From an uncultured Alphaproteobacteria bacterium (GTDB lineage Bacteria > Pseudomonadota > Alphaproteobacteria > ATCC43930 > CGMCC-115725), in assembly GCA_963832575.1 (NCBI GenBank), contig CAWHUT010000002.1, forward strand, positions 125,827 through 189,826: a stretch of DNA of 64,000 bases. Reading direction: 5' to 3'. Made by a program: the position numbers and the translations under genes. The notes under the pieces are model-generated. The model did not search any database, was not told the DNA's origin, and saw only the letters and a list, made by a program, of their open reading frames with translations. Positions 1-9,933 of the stretch are shown here, piece by piece. The first letter of the stretch is position 1, and each line of letters opens with the position of its first letter.

Positions 1-215
1 TGCACGACGCTTTCAACATCTTCATGACCACCGGGCTTGGCGCGAACGACCGCTTCTTCTATCTCGATCCCGACGCGAAACGCGGCGATTACATGGAGCT
101 TCACGCCGAGTTCGCCTGCATCGTCGCGCTCTCGGCGTGCCCCGGCAATTCATCTGGTCCGGCGAAAGGACCGTTGGGCGTGCAGATCTATCAGCCCCTG
201 CTGAAGCGCGAATGA
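1..215 (+). CDS. DUF1989 (urea-carboxylase-associated) family protein, C-terminal fragment; 5' end outside window
   Basis: Frame 3 is open from the window edge to TGA 213-215. The sequence ...FNIFMTTGLGANDRFFYLDPDAKRGDYMELHAEFACIVALSACPG... resembles DUF1989 C-termini as I remember them (not searched). Confidence 0.55.
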   Translation, partial: HDAFNIFMTTGLGANDRFFYLDPDAKRGDYMELHAEFACIVALSACPGNSSGPAKGPLGVQIYQPLLKRE

Positions 216-276
216 GGCCGGGCGCCGCTCGATAATCGTCTCCCACCCTTGGTCCTGCCGCCGACAGGAGGCGTCA

Positions 277-1299
277 ATGCGTGTCAATAGACTGGTCTTA
301 GCCTTCGCGACGGCGGCCCTGCTGCCTATTCTTGGCATGGCGGGCGCCCCGGTCTGCGCCGCCGATCCGCTCCCTATCCGCATCGGGTGGCTGCTGGTTC
401 CGGCGGAGATCACGCCGATCCTTTTTCCCGTGCCGGGCATCGCCAAGCACAGCGGGACGTCCTACGTGGTGCAGTCAACGCGGTTTCAGGGCAGCTCGCT
501 CCTGACTTCGGCCATGGCCTCCGGAGAGATCGACATCGCTCCCTTCGGCTACTCGTCCCTGGCCCTGGCGGTCGAGAATGCGCACATGAACGATCTGCGA
601 GTCATCGCCGATGAGGACCGCGACGGTGAGGGCTCGCATTTCACGACCCAGTTCATGGTCCGCAAGGACAGCCCCATCAAGACCGTGGAGGACCTCAAGG
701 GCAAGGTCCTGGCAACCAACGCAGTGGGCAGCATCGGCGACATGGCGCTGCGATTCATGCTGCGCCGGCACGGCGTGAACGACGCAAAGGATGTCAGCAT
801 CGTCGAGATCGCATTCCCCAACATGAACGCCGTCCTGGAGCAAGGCAAGGCCGACATGATCATCTCGGTCCTGCCTTTCTATCTCGACCCCAAGCTGCAG
901 ACGAGCGCGCGCACGCTCTTTACCGGATTGGACGCGATCGGCCCGTCTGAAATCTCCATGCTGACAGCGTCAGCCGGCTTTCTCAGCAAGAACCGCGCGG
1001 CCGTCGTCGACTTCCTCGAGGACTACTTGCGGGCATTGCGCTGGTACAACGATCCGGCCAATCACGGCGCGGTCGTCACGACCGTGGCTGAGTTCACCAA
1101 GCTGCCGCCAGAGCGGTTCTCGAACTGGGTCTTCACCGCCCAGGACTATTACCGCGACCCTCAGGGACGGATCGATCTCGCGGCGCTCCAGAAGAACCTC
1201 GACGTGCAACATGAGCTCGGTTTCCTCAAAAATCCGATGAACGCAAAGCCGTTCGTCGATATGAGCTTAATCGAGGAGGCCGCCAAGCGTCTTCGCTGA
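277..1299 (+). CDS. ABC transporter periplasmic substrate-binding protein, NMT1/THI5-like (nitrate/sulfonate/bicarbonate family)
   Basis: 340-aa ORF with a GGAGG-like RBS. N-terminal signal peptide MRVNRLVLAFATAALLPILGMAGAPVCA. The body resembles the NMT1-like SBP fold, and the paralogue at 6257 sits next to ABC ATPase and permease genes. Confidence 0.8.
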   Translation: MRVNRLVLAFATAALLPILGMAGAPVCAADPLPIRIGWLLVPAEITPILFPVPGIAKHSGTSYVVQSTRFQGSSLLTSAMASGEIDIAPFGYSSLALAVENAHMNDLRVIADEDRDGEGSHFTTQFMVRKDSPIKTVEDLKGKVLATNAVGSIGDMALRFMLRRHGVNDAKDVSIVEIAFPNMNAVLEQGKADMIISVLPFYLDPKLQTSARTLFTGLDAIGPSEISMLTASAGFLSKNRAAVVDFLEDYLRALRWYNDPANHGAVVTTVAEFTKLPPERFSNWVFTAQDYYRDPQGRIDLAALQKNLDVQHELGFLKNPMNAKPFVDMSLIEEAAKRLR

Positions 1300-1400
1300 G
1301 CACTGCCGATTGCTTGCAGAAAGGCCCGCAGGGTGCGCATATCGCCGCCAAAGTGCCAGTCATCTCGAGGATTGCCGATCACCAATCCTTGGAGGGGACA

Positions 1401-1939
1401 ATGGGGGATTTTGGTGTGAGGCGCCGCGAGGTGCTGAAGGCAGCGGGCGGCGCGGTCGTGGCGAGCGCGCTGCCCGGGGCCGTCGATGATGCGTTCGCGG
1501 CGAACCGCTCGGCGCGCATCCGGCTCAAGCGCGGTTGCGTCTTCACCTCCGATCCCAAGCTCGGCGATTTCGACGAGGCCGACGTGCTGGTCGAAGGCAA
1601 GAAGATCATCGTGGTTGGGCCCAACCTGTCCGCCGCCGGCGCCAGCATTATCGACGCGTCGGGCACGATCGTGCTTCCCGGCTTCGTCGACTCGCATCAC
1701 CACCTCTACCAGGCGTTCCTGCGCAACATCCAGGGTACCGGGCTGCTGGCCCGCTCAACAACGCCTACGGCGCCATCGTCACCGGCATGGATATGAGCAA
1801 TGTCGATACCGTGCTCGTCGCCGGCCGGATCGTGAAGCGGCGTGCTCGCCTGGTTGGCTTCGACATGGGGCGGGTGCGCAGGGAGGCGACAGTGTCGCGC
1901 GACTCGCCGGCCAAGCGGCGGCGCAAGGCGCCGCGATGA
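1401..1939 (+). pseudogene. Amidohydrolase-superfamily gene remnant with the central barrel deleted
   Basis: The N-terminal part (frame of 1401) has a Tat-like signal RRREVLKAAGGAVVASAL and the motif PGFVDSHHHLY. About 340 nt later the reading continues in another frame as NNAYGAIVTGMDMSNVDTVLVAGRIVKRRARLVGFD, a typical amidohydrolase C-terminus. About 300 aa of a normal enzyme are missing. Confidence 0.6.
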
Positions 1940-1970
1940 CATCGCAGCTATCGTTGACGGGAGGGTGATC

Positions 1971-3172
1971 ATGCGCGTGGCAATCGTGAATCTGGGGCTG
2001 CTGGTGTCGGGCGATTGGCGCGCGCCGCATGTGCCGGGCGATTCGATGCTGCTTGAGGACGGCAAGATCGCCGCGATCGGCACCGTCCCCAACGATGCGG
2101 TGAGCGCGGCCGATGTCGTGATTGACGCCGACAAGGCGATCGCCATACCCGGACTCATCGATAGCCAGGTCCACATCACCTTCGGCGACTACACGCCGCG
2201 GCAGCGCACCGTCGGGTTCCTCGAGAGCTATGTCCATGGCGGCGTCACCACCTCGATCAGCGCGTCGGAGGTGCATGTCCCGGGCCGACCCAAGGACCCG
2301 GAGGGCGTGAAGGCGCTGGCCGTCGCCGCATTCAAATGCTTCGAGCACTACCGGCCGGGCGGCATGCGGGTCTATGGCGGCTCCGTGATCCTGGAGCCGG
2401 GGCTGGTCGAAGCGGATTTCGCGGAGCTGCGCCAAAAAGGCGTCTGGCTCGCGAAAGCGGGCTTTGGCGCGGTCAAGACGCCGTTCGACTACGCGCCGAT
2501 GATCAAATGGGCGAAGGCCGCCGGCATGATCACGACGGTTCACACCGGCGGCTCGTCGATCCCCGGGTCATCCGGCATCTGGGCGGATCACCTTCTGGCG
2601 ATGCAGCCCGACGTGTCGTTCCACGTGAATGGCGGGCCGGTGGCGATGCCAGACGAGGATTTCCCCGCATCGTCAACGACAGCACGATCGCGTTGCAGGT
2701 CTGCACCGCCGGCAATCTCCGCACCACGCTGTGGCTGGGCGAACTCGTGCGCGACGCCGATCAGCTCGACCGCCTGCTGATCGCGACGGACACGCCGACC
2801 GGCAGCGGGATCATGCCGCTGGGCATGCTCTATACCATCTCGCATCTGGCGAGCCTCGGCGCGCGGCCGATGGAGGTCGAGACCGCAATCGCCGCCGCAA
2901 CCGGCAACAACGCGCGCATCTACAAGCTCAATTCCGGCTTCCTGCGGGTCGGATGCGATGCCGACGTGGCGATCATCGATGCCTGCGTCGGCGGGTCGAA
3001 GAACAACGCGCTGGACGCGCTGCGCAACGGCGACATGGTCGCGGTGGGCGCCGTCATCACCGACGGCGTGCCGCGCTTCGTCGGGCGCAGCCGCAACACG
3101 CCGGCGGCGATGAAGCAGGTGCGCGTCGCGCAAAACCGCATCCCCCACGACTTCTCAGGCAGCGCGCACTGA
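1971..3172 (+). pseudogene. Enamidase-like amidohydrolase, interrupted by a 1-nt deletion-type frameshift near 2663-2667 (pseudogene or sequencing error)
   Basis: MRVAIVNLGLLVSG...PGLIDSQVHITFGDY...VHTGG...NGGPVAMPDEDFP (frame of ORF 1842-2780) continues as RIVNDSTIALQVCTAGN...LIATDTP...DADVAIID (frame of ORF 2336-3172). The switch is at a C4 run. Confidence 0.65.
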
Positions 3173-3240
3173 GCGGCGGCTCAGCGCAGCCCGTCGTCAA
3201 ACCGTATTATGACGAATACTGAGTCGCAAGCGGTTGCGTT

Positions 3241-3275
3241 GCCGGCATTGCGCCATTGCGCGGCAAATGGCCGGC
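3241..3275. terminator. Possible bidirectional hairpin between convergent genes
   Basis: GCCGGCATT...AATGGCCGGC imperfect inverted repeat (9-bp stem with one bulge) between the stop at 3172 (+) and the stop at 3291 (-). No clear U-tract. Confidence 0.25.
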
Positions 3276-3290
3276 TCGGCGCGCGATCGC

Positions 3291-4280
3291 TCAGGCGTCG
3301 AGGACGAGCCGTCCGCCCTTGATGCGCGAAACGCAAATGCACATGATCTTGCCGCTCGCCTTCTGTTCCGCGGTCAGATAGGTGTCGCGATGGTCGATCG
3401 GACCATCGGCGTCGAGCACGGGAAGAGAGCACATGCCGCACTCCCCGCGGTGGCATTCATAGAGTGCATCATGGCCAGCCACGAGCAGGGCGTCGAGGAT
3501 GCTCATATTCGCGGGCACGTTGACGATCTCTCCCGAACGCCGCAACTCGACCTCGAGGCTCGCGTCAACGCTCGGCGCCGCGGCCGCAAAGGACTCGGTG
3601 TGAATTTGATACTCGGGCAAGCCGTGCGCGCGCGCGGCGGCGATTGCGGCGTTGTTGAGCCCGCTTGGACCGCAGACGTAGACATGCGTGCTCTGCGGCT
3701 CGGCCGCGATCAGGGCGCCGATGTCGAGACTGCGGCTGCGATCGCCGCCGTCGAGATGAAAGCGGACCCTGGCGCCAGCCATGCGTTTGATGTCGCTGGC
3801 ATAGGCGAGCAGGCTCGAATGACGCGCGCAAAAATAAAGTTGGAATGACGCCTCGCGCCGCACCAACGCGCGCACCATCGAATAGATTGGTGTGATCCCG
3901 ATCCCGCCGGCGATGATCAGGCTGCGCGGCGCGTCAAGCGCGAGGGGAAAATCGTTTTTCGGCGGTGAAATCGTCACTCGCGCGCCCCGGCCGATCTCGT
4001 CATGGAGGAAACGCGACCCGCCCTGCCCGGTCTCTTCGCGCTGCACGGCGATGCGATAGATGTGCGGCCCATCGTCCCAGAGCTCGGTACCGCCAAGGAG
4101 CGAATAGTGGCGCACGAGCCGGGGATGATCCCGGGTCGCCAGCACGACCTCGATATGCGCGCCCGGATCGTAGGGCGGCAGCATTCGGCCTTCCGCGGGG
4201 CTCAGCAGGAACTCGCGCACCGTCTCGGTAATGCGTCTGAGCCCGACAACGACGCTCTCTATATACGGCGGTGCTACCAC
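3291..4280 (-). CDS. PDR/VanB-family oxidoreductase (flavin- and NAD-binding domains plus C-terminal plant-type 2Fe-2S ferredoxin)
   Basis: RHYSLLG (RxYS flavin motif), GGIGITP (NAD motif), and C-terminal CHRGECGMC...C cluster motif. 13 nt downstream of the creatininase gene on the same strand. Confidence 0.85.
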   Translation of the reverse strand: MVAPPYIESVVVGLRRITETVREFLLSPAEGRMLPPYDPGAHIEVVLATRDHPRLVRHYSLLGGTELWDDGPHIYRIAVQREETGQGGSRFLHDEIGRGARVTISPPKNDFPLALDAPRSLIIAGGIGITPIYSMVRALVRREASFQLYFCARHSSLLAYASDIKRMAGARVRFHLDGGDRSRSLDIGALIAAEPQSTHVYVCGPSGLNNAAIAAARAHGLPEYQIHTESFAAAAPSVDASLEVELRRSGEIVNVPANMSILDALLVAGHDALYECHRGECGMCSLPVLDADGPIDHRDTYLTAEQKASGKIMCICVSRIKGGRLVLDA

Positions 4281-4293
4281 GGGGATCGCGGGC

Positions 4294-5094
4294 TCAGCGC
4301 GCCGCCCGCTCCTTCAAATTGCACAGCGGGAAGCGGATGACCTCGGCCACGAGTTCGGCGAGGCCGGCGGCGCGCAATTCGGTGAGCCGGGCCCCGCGCC
4401 CGGCATCGGCGTCGGTCGCGTCGCCCAGCGCTCCGGCGGGATTGAGGTCCTGGGTCTGCCACCCGAAGCCGATCCCCGGGCTTTCGGCGCGCAGATATTT
4501 GTATTCCTGTTCCCAGGCGATGGTTGCGGAGGTGAAATTGCGGCGCGCGTCCATCCGGACGAGATCGCCGCGCAGATACATGATCTGCGACGTTTCCGAT
4601 GAGCCGCCATGGATGCCGTGACGGCGCTCGGTCGGCGAGAAGAGATCGGGAATGCTGCCGAGGCTGTTCAAGTTCGTCGCCACCGCGAGCATGCCCAGCC
4701 GCACGCGCAGATCGCGTGCGACGATGTCCATGATCTGCGGCTGGCCGCCGTGGCTGTTCACCATGACGAATTTGGCGATGCCCGCGCGATGGACGCACTC
4801 GCCGATTTCGGTCCACAGCCGGATCAGCGTCTCCGCGCATAGGCTGAGCGTGCCGGGAAACGCCAGGTGCTCGTTCGACTTGCCAACCGGCATCGGCGGC
4901 AGCACCAGCACCGAGGCCGGCATGAGCTTCATCGCGCGGGAGACCGTGCCCTCGTTGATGATCGCATCGACACCGACAGGCAGGTGCGGCCCGTGCTGCT
5001 CGACCGCCGCCACCGGCAGCAATGCCACGGTGCGGTCGCGATCGAGACCGTCGAACTCGGTGGTTGCGAGATCCTGCCAGTAACGAGCCGCCAT
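4294..5094 (-). CDS. Creatininase-family amidohydrolase
   Basis: 266 aa. LPVAAVEQHGPHLPVGVD and HGG...S motifs are typical of the creatinine amidohydrolase family. Confidence 0.85.
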   Translation of the reverse strand: MAARYWQDLATTEFDGLDRDRTVALLPVAAVEQHGPHLPVGVDAIINEGTVSRAMKLMPASVLVLPPMPVGKSNEHLAFPGTLSLCAETLIRLWTEIGECVHRAGIAKFVMVNSHGGQPQIMDIVARDLRVRLGMLAVATNLNSLGSIPDLFSPTERRHGIHGGSSETSQIMYLRGDLVRMDARRNFTSATIAWEQEYKYLRAESPGIGFGWQTQDLNPAGALGDATDADAGRGARLTELRAAGLAELVAEVIRFPLCNLKERAAR

Positions 5095-5211
5095 CAGGGC
5101 ACTTCCTTCGAGGGTAGAAGAGGTATCGCCGCGACGAAGGTCGCAATAGCGCGCCTAGGAGCGGTCCTCGGATGCCGAAACCTCGTCCTATCAAAGCCAA
5201 AGAGGACGATA

Positions 5212-5253
5212 GGAAAAGCATCAATTTTCGCCTAGAGTGATGCATATAAGGCA
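5212..5253 (-). promoter_or_regulatory. Copy C of a conserved 41-42-nt operator-like motif (LysR-type T-N11-A box plus conserved downstream block), oriented toward the creatininase operon
   Basis: The reverse complement TGCCTTATATGCATCACTCTAGGCGAAAATTGATGCTTTTCC aligns with the copies at 6077 and 10881. Confidence 0.45.
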
Positions 5254-5285
5254 GCAGCGGTTTCCGCGAAGAGACGAGGTCGTCC

Positions 5286-6065
5286 ATGGGCGGTATCCGA
5301 TTGGGGTCCAGTCCGGCGAATTCCTGGCATGTATCGGCGCAGTTCGTCGATGCCGTGCGCGATCCGGTGCCACCGGCGCCGATCACGCTCGCCGCCCGGC
5401 CGCAGGATCTGCGCATCGATCTCAGGCGGAGCGCTTTCATCGTCATCGACATGCAGAACGATTTCTGCGCGCCGGGAGGATGGCTCGACCATATCGGCGT
5501 CGACATCGCGCCGGCGCGCCGCCCGATTGCGCCGCTCGCTGCGCTGCTGCCGCTACTGCGCGCGGCCGGAGTGCCCATCCTGTGGGTGAATTGGGGCAAC
5601 CGCCCCGACCGGCTCAATCTCAGCCCGTCGCTGCTGCATGTCTACAACCGGACGGGGGCGACGGTCGGTCTCGGCGACCCGCTGCCGGGAAACGGCGCGC
5701 CGGTGCTGGAAAAGGATAGCTGGGCGGCGGCGATCGTCGACGGCCTGCACCCCGCCGCGGGCGACATTCACATCGACAAGTATCGCATGAGCGGTTTCTG
5801 GGACACGCCCCTCGACAGCATCCTGCGCAATCTCCGCATCAGCACTCTTCTCTTCGGCGGCGTAAACATGGACCAGTGCGTCCTGTGCACGCTCCAGGAC
5901 GCGAATTTCCTGGGCTATGATTGCGTCCTGGTCGAAGATTGCGCGGCGACGACATCGCCGCCCTATTGCCATCAGGCGACGGTCTATAACGTCACGCAAT
6001 GCTTTGGCTTTGTCGCGGTTTCCCAGGACTTGGCGAGCGCCCTGGCCGCCGCGCCGGCAACCTGA
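5286..6065 (+). CDS. Isochorismatase-family cysteine hydrolase (RutB / N-carbamoylsarcosine-amidase-like)
   Basis: FIVIDMQNDFC and GGVNMDQCV (nucleophile Cys) motifs. 259 aa. Confidence 0.85.
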   Translation: MGGIRLGSSPANSWHVSAQFVDAVRDPVPPAPITLAARPQDLRIDLRRSAFIVIDMQNDFCAPGGWLDHIGVDIAPARRPIAPLAALLPLLRAAGVPILWVNWGNRPDRLNLSPSLLHVYNRTGATVGLGDPLPGNGAPVLEKDSWAAAIVDGLHPAAGDIHIDKYRMSGFWDTPLDSILRNLRISTLLFGGVNMDQCVLCTLQDANFLGYDCVLVEDCAATTSPPYCHQATVYNVTQCFGFVAVSQDLASALAAAPAT

Positions 6066-6076
6066 GGGACCCTTGC

Positions 6077-6117
6077 TGCCTAAAAGGCACCACTCTTATC
6101 GAAATTTGATGCTTTCC
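6077..6117 (+). promoter_or_regulatory. Copy A of the conserved 41-nt operator-like motif, upstream of the ABC transporter operon
   Basis: TGCCTAAAAGGCACCACTCTTATCGAAATTTGATGCTTTCC is 36/41 identical to copy B at 10881. Confidence 0.45.
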
Positions 6118-6256
6118 GAGTTGCCCTCGCCGATGGCTCAATGCGCGGGGTAGAACATTGGCGTGGAAACGGTGTGCGGCGCGCCGGGTCGTGGGCAAGC
6201 GATGCGACCGCGGGCCGTCAGCGAAGGCTCATGCGAAAAAATCCCGAGGAAACCCG

Positions 6257-7264
6257 ATGACAGGATACCGGGGCTTCAAATCCGTTCCGATTTGGCTGGC
6301 CGTGATGGCCGCCTTTGTGCTCGGCCCGGCCGCACGCGCCGATGATCACATCATCGTGCAGCTTGCCTGGCTGCCGTCGGGTGAGAACCAAGCCCCTTAT
6401 GCCGGCATCGCCCAGGGTTATTTTGCCACCGAGCATATCCAGGTCGACGTGCGCCGCGGCGCCGGCGGCGGCGACGCGTTGGACAAGGTTGCCACCGGCG
6501 CGGCGCAATACGGCATCACCGATCTTGCCACGGTCATGGCGGCGCGCGGACAGGGCGCCCCGGTCAAGGCGATCATGGCGCTTTACGTGCGCGCGCCCCA
6601 CGCGGTCATCACCCGCGGCGATACCGGGATCAAGAGTTTCGCCGATCTGCCCGGCCACACCCTCGGCACGGCGGCGACGGCATCGACGAATCTGTTCTTC
6701 CCGCTGATCCTCAGCGACAACCATGTCGACCCGACCAAGATCAAGATCATCAACGTCGATCCGTCCGCCCTGGGGCCGATGCTGTTGACCAAGCGCGTCG
6801 ATGGCGTCTTGATGTGGGTGACCAATCTTGCCTCGCTGTCGGGCCCGGCGCAGCAGGAGCATGTCGATCTGGTCACGCTGCCCTTCGCCGCCGGCGGCAT
6901 GGAAATGTATAGCGAGGTGATTATTGCCACCGAGCAACAGCTCAAGGCGCAGCCCGACCTGACCCGCCGCTTTCTGCGCGCCCTCAGGCTCTCCTATTTC
7001 TTCATGCGGGACCATCCGCGCGAGACCGCCGTCTATGGCAAGCAGGCGAACCCGCAGCAGGATGTCGATATCGAGACCGCCCGGACCAAGATCGTCAACG
7101 ATTTGATGTTCCGGCCGCCCAACGACGGCGACCGGTTCGGCACGTTTGATCCGGCCTTGCTGCACAAGACCTATGAGTGGATGGTGCGGGCGCATCAGAT
7201 CGACCCGTCGGTCAATCCGGAGCAGTATGTCGACCGCAGCTTCCTGCCGCCGCCGGGCGGCTGA
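6257..7264 (+). CDS. ABC transporter substrate-binding protein, NMT1-like
   Basis: ATG 6257 follows an AGGAAA RBS and gives the signal peptide MTGYRGFKSVPIWLAVMAAFVLGPAARA. Followed by ATPase and permease genes. Confidence 0.8.
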   Translation: MTGYRGFKSVPIWLAVMAAFVLGPAARADDHIIVQLAWLPSGENQAPYAGIAQGYFATEHIQVDVRRGAGGGDALDKVATGAAQYGITDLATVMAARGQGAPVKAIMALYVRAPHAVITRGDTGIKSFADLPGHTLGTAATASTNLFFPLILSDNHVDPTKIKIINVDPSALGPMLLTKRVDGVLMWVTNLASLSGPAQQEHVDLVTLPFAAGGMEMYSEVIIATEQQLKAQPDLTRRFLRALRLSYFFMRDHPRETAVYGKQANPQQDVDIETARTKIVNDLMFRPPNDGDRFGTFDPALLHKTYEWMVRAHQIDPSVNPEQYVDRSFLPPPGG

Positions 7265-7285
7265 GCGGGGCGGTCTGGATAGAAG

Positions 7286-8089
7286 GTGAGCGTGCCACTG
7301 GACCGGAATTACGCCGCCGGCCTCGACCAGCCGGCAATCGCGCTCGACGGTATCCGGCATACCTATGTCCCGCGCAGCGGCCGGGCCGTCCTCGCCCTCA
7401 AGGGTGTGAACCTCCTCATCGAGCGGAACGAGTTCGTTTCCATCGTCGGCACCTCCGGCTGCGGCAAGTCGACCCTGCTGCGCCTCATGGCGGGGCTGAT
7501 CACGCCGTCGGCCGGAACGCTGTCGGTGCTGGGGGCGCCCGCCGGCCAGCATCGCCGCCAGGTCGCGCTAGTCTTTCAGAAGCCGTCCCTGCTGCCGTGG
7601 TTCAATGTCCTCGACAATGTTCTCTTTCCGCTGCGGCACATGGGCCAGACCGTGACGGCGGTGGAACAGGCAGAAGCAATGGAGCTTCTGGCCCTCGCGG
7701 GCGTGGCCGAGTTCGCGCAATCGCGCCCCAAGGAGCTCTCGGGCGGCATGCAGCAACGGGTCGCGTTGTGCCGCGCCCTCATCACCAACCCCACCATTCT
7801 TTTGATGGACGAGCCGTTCGCGGCCTTGGACGCGCTGACGCGGGAGGAGCTCGGGACCGAGCTCTTGCGCCTGTGCACCGAGCGGCCGAAGACCGTGGTG
7901 TTCGTTACCCATTCGATCGCCGAGGCAGTGCTGCTGAGCGACCGGGTCCTGGTGATGGCCGCGCGGCCCGGGTACATCAAGACCGAGATCACCGTCCCGC
8001 TGCGTCGGCCGCGCCATGCCGAGGTCATGAAAGAACCCGCCTTCCAGGAGATCTCCACCCGTGTCCGCGAAGCTATCTATCAGCGCTGA
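7286..8089 (+). CDS. ABC transporter ATP-binding protein (nitrate/sulfonate/taurine type)
   Basis: Walker A GTSGCGKST, signature LSGGMQQR, Walker B LLMDEPF. Confidence 0.9.
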   Translation: MSVPLDRNYAAGLDQPAIALDGIRHTYVPRSGRAVLALKGVNLLIERNEFVSIVGTSGCGKSTLLRLMAGLITPSAGTLSVLGAPAGQHRRQVALVFQKPSLLPWFNVLDNVLFPLRHMGQTVTAVEQAEAMELLALAGVAEFAQSRPKELSGGMQQRVALCRALITNPTILLMDEPFAALDALTREELGTELLRLCTERPKTVVFVTHSIAEAVLLSDRVLVMAARPGYIKTEITVPLRRPRHAEVMKEPAFQEISTRVREAIYQR

Positions 8090-8894
8090 GGCCGATGCGC
8101 CGGCCGCGCGCCAGAACCGCCCGTCACGGGCAGCGCTGCGCTCGGTGGTGACATCCGTCACGACCATCGCCGTCGTGATCGTGGTGTGGGAGATCGGGGT
8201 GCGCGCGTTCCATGTTCCCGTCTTCATCCTGCCGCCGCCGTCGGCAATCGTGCACGACACCGCCGGGCTCGGCTGGTCGATCTTCGGCCATATCGGTGCC
8301 ACCGTGAGCACGATCCTCGCCGGATATTTCCTGGCGATCCTCATCAGCCTGCCCCTGTCGATCGCGATCTCCAGCTCGCGCATCCTGGCCAATGCGCTCT
8401 ATCCGCTGCTCATCATCAAGGAATCGATCCCGGTCGTGGCGCTGGCCCCGATCCTCATCGTCATCCTCGGCGCGGGCGAGGCGCCGCGCGTCACGGTCAC
8501 GGTGCTGATCGCGCTCTTTCCGATGGTGGTCGCCAACGCGACCGGCCTTTCCCAAACCCCGTCCGAGCTCATCGAGTTGAGCAATTCGATGGGCGCGTCG
8601 TGGCTGAAGCAACTGATCGACATCCGCCTGCCGTCGGCGATCCCCTACATCTTCAGCGGCCTCAAAGTCTCGATGACGCTGGCGATCGTCGGCGCCGTCG
8701 TGGCCGAGTTCGTGGCTTCCGAACGCGGCCTTGGCTTCCTGATCTTCACATCGACCGCGTTCTTCCACGTGTCGATCTCGTTCGGAGCCATGTTCATCCT
8801 CTCGATCCTGGGCCTCATCCTGTTCCAGTCGGTAGCACTGATCGAACGCCGGTTCTTTCCCTGGTCGATCGGAGGGGTGTCCGGCATCGAATAG
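8061..8894 (+). CDS. ABC transporter permease
   Basis: 277 aa with multiple hydrophobic helices. Overlaps the ATPase stop. Typical BPD-type permease composition. Confidence 0.85.
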   Translation: MSAKLSISAEADAPAARQNRPSRAALRSVVTSVTTIAVVIVVWEIGVRAFHVPVFILPPPSAIVHDTAGLGWSIFGHIGATVSTILAGYFLAILISLPLSIAISSSRILANALYPLLIIKESIPVVALAPILIVILGAGEAPRVTVTVLIALFPMVVANATGLSQTPSELIELSNSMGASWLKQLIDIRLPSAIPYIFSGLKVSMTLAIVGAVVAEFVASERGLGFLIFTSTAFFHVSISFGAMFILSILGLILFQSVALIERRFFPWSIGGVSGIE

Positions 8895-8934
8895 GACGCG
8901 CGGCCGAAGCGCTCCCCTCCTCGGAGATTGCGAC

Positions 8935-9924
8935 ATGATCCTCTACACGGCGCCGATGGCTGCGACCTCGATCCCGGTGATCGATCTCACCAAGGGAGCC
9001 TCGCCGGACCTCGACGACCGCCGCGCCGTCGCCTGGGAGATTCACAAGGCCTGCCGCGACACCGGCTTCTTCTATGTCAGCAACCACGGCATTCCCGACG
9101 CGGTGATGACCCGGCAGCTCGACTGGACGCGGCGGTTCTTCGACCAGCCGATCGCGCGCAAGGATGGGGTGAGCTTCGAAAACTCGCCGTGGAAGCGCGG
9201 CTACGAAGGGATGCGGCGGCAAACCCTCGACGCCGGCTCGCCGCCGGACCTCAAGGAGGGCTTCATGTATGCCGGCGAATGCGGGCCGGATCATCCCTAT
9301 GTGCGCCAGCACGTGCCGCAATACGGGCCGAACCAGTGGCCGGCCGAGCTTCCCGGCTTCCGCGAGCAGATGCTGGATTATCAGGCGCGCATGGAGACGC
9401 TGGGCCGGCGTCTCCTGCGCCTTCTGGCGCTATCCGTCGATCTTCCGGAACGGCAATTCGACGACGGCCTCGACAATCCGATGTGCTCGGTCCGGCTGCT
9501 GCATTATCCGCCCCACCCCGATCAGGCCGCCTTCAATCAACTGGGCGCCGGCGCCCATACCGACTGGGGCACGATCACCATCCTGCTGCAGGACGATTGC
9601 GGTGGCCTGGAGGTCCAGAACGCGGACGGCGACTGGATCCGCGCCAGCCCGATCCCCGGCACCTTCATCATCAATCTCGGCGACATGGTGCGGCGCTGGA
9701 CCAACGATCTCTATCATTCCACCCTGCATCGCGTGCTCAACAACATCGCCGCGCGCGACCGCTATTCGATCGCCACGTTCTTCAATCCCGATTATTTCTA
9801 TCGCGTCGAATGCCTGCCGACCTGTCAGCCTGCGGACGGGCTTCCCACCTACGCCCCCTGCACGGTCGGCGAGCACATCCTGGAGATGTTCCACAAGACC
9901 TACCAGATCGCGCCGGGGGCCTGA
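8935..9924 (+). CDS. 2OG-Fe(II) oxygenase (isopenicillin-N-synthase-like family)
   Basis: N-terminal IPVIDL...FFYVSNHGI. HTDWGTITILLQD ... HSTLHRV gives the HxD...H iron triad. Confidence 0.85.
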   Translation: MILYTAPMAATSIPVIDLTKGASPDLDDRRAVAWEIHKACRDTGFFYVSNHGIPDAVMTRQLDWTRRFFDQPIARKDGVSFENSPWKRGYEGMRRQTLDAGSPPDLKEGFMYAGECGPDHPYVRQHVPQYGPNQWPAELPGFREQMLDYQARMETLGRRLLRLLALSVDLPERQFDDGLDNPMCSVRLLHYPPHPDQAAFNQLGAGAHTDWGTITILLQDDCGGLEVQNADGDWIRASPIPGTFIINLGDMVRRWTNDLYHSTLHRVLNNIAARDRYSIATFFNPDYFYRVECLPTCQPADGLPTYAPCTVGEHILEMFHKTYQIAPGA

Positions 9925-9933
9925 GCCGCCGCG

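Noticed and set aside
6085-6101. Sigma-54 promoter reading of the 41-nt motif (aGGCAC-N5-TTATC resembles TGGCAC-N5-TTGC).
   Set aside because: The essential GC of the -12 element is absent in all three copies (TTAT, TAAT, TAGG), the -24 GG is lost in copy C, and no bEBP-type activator gene is nearby.
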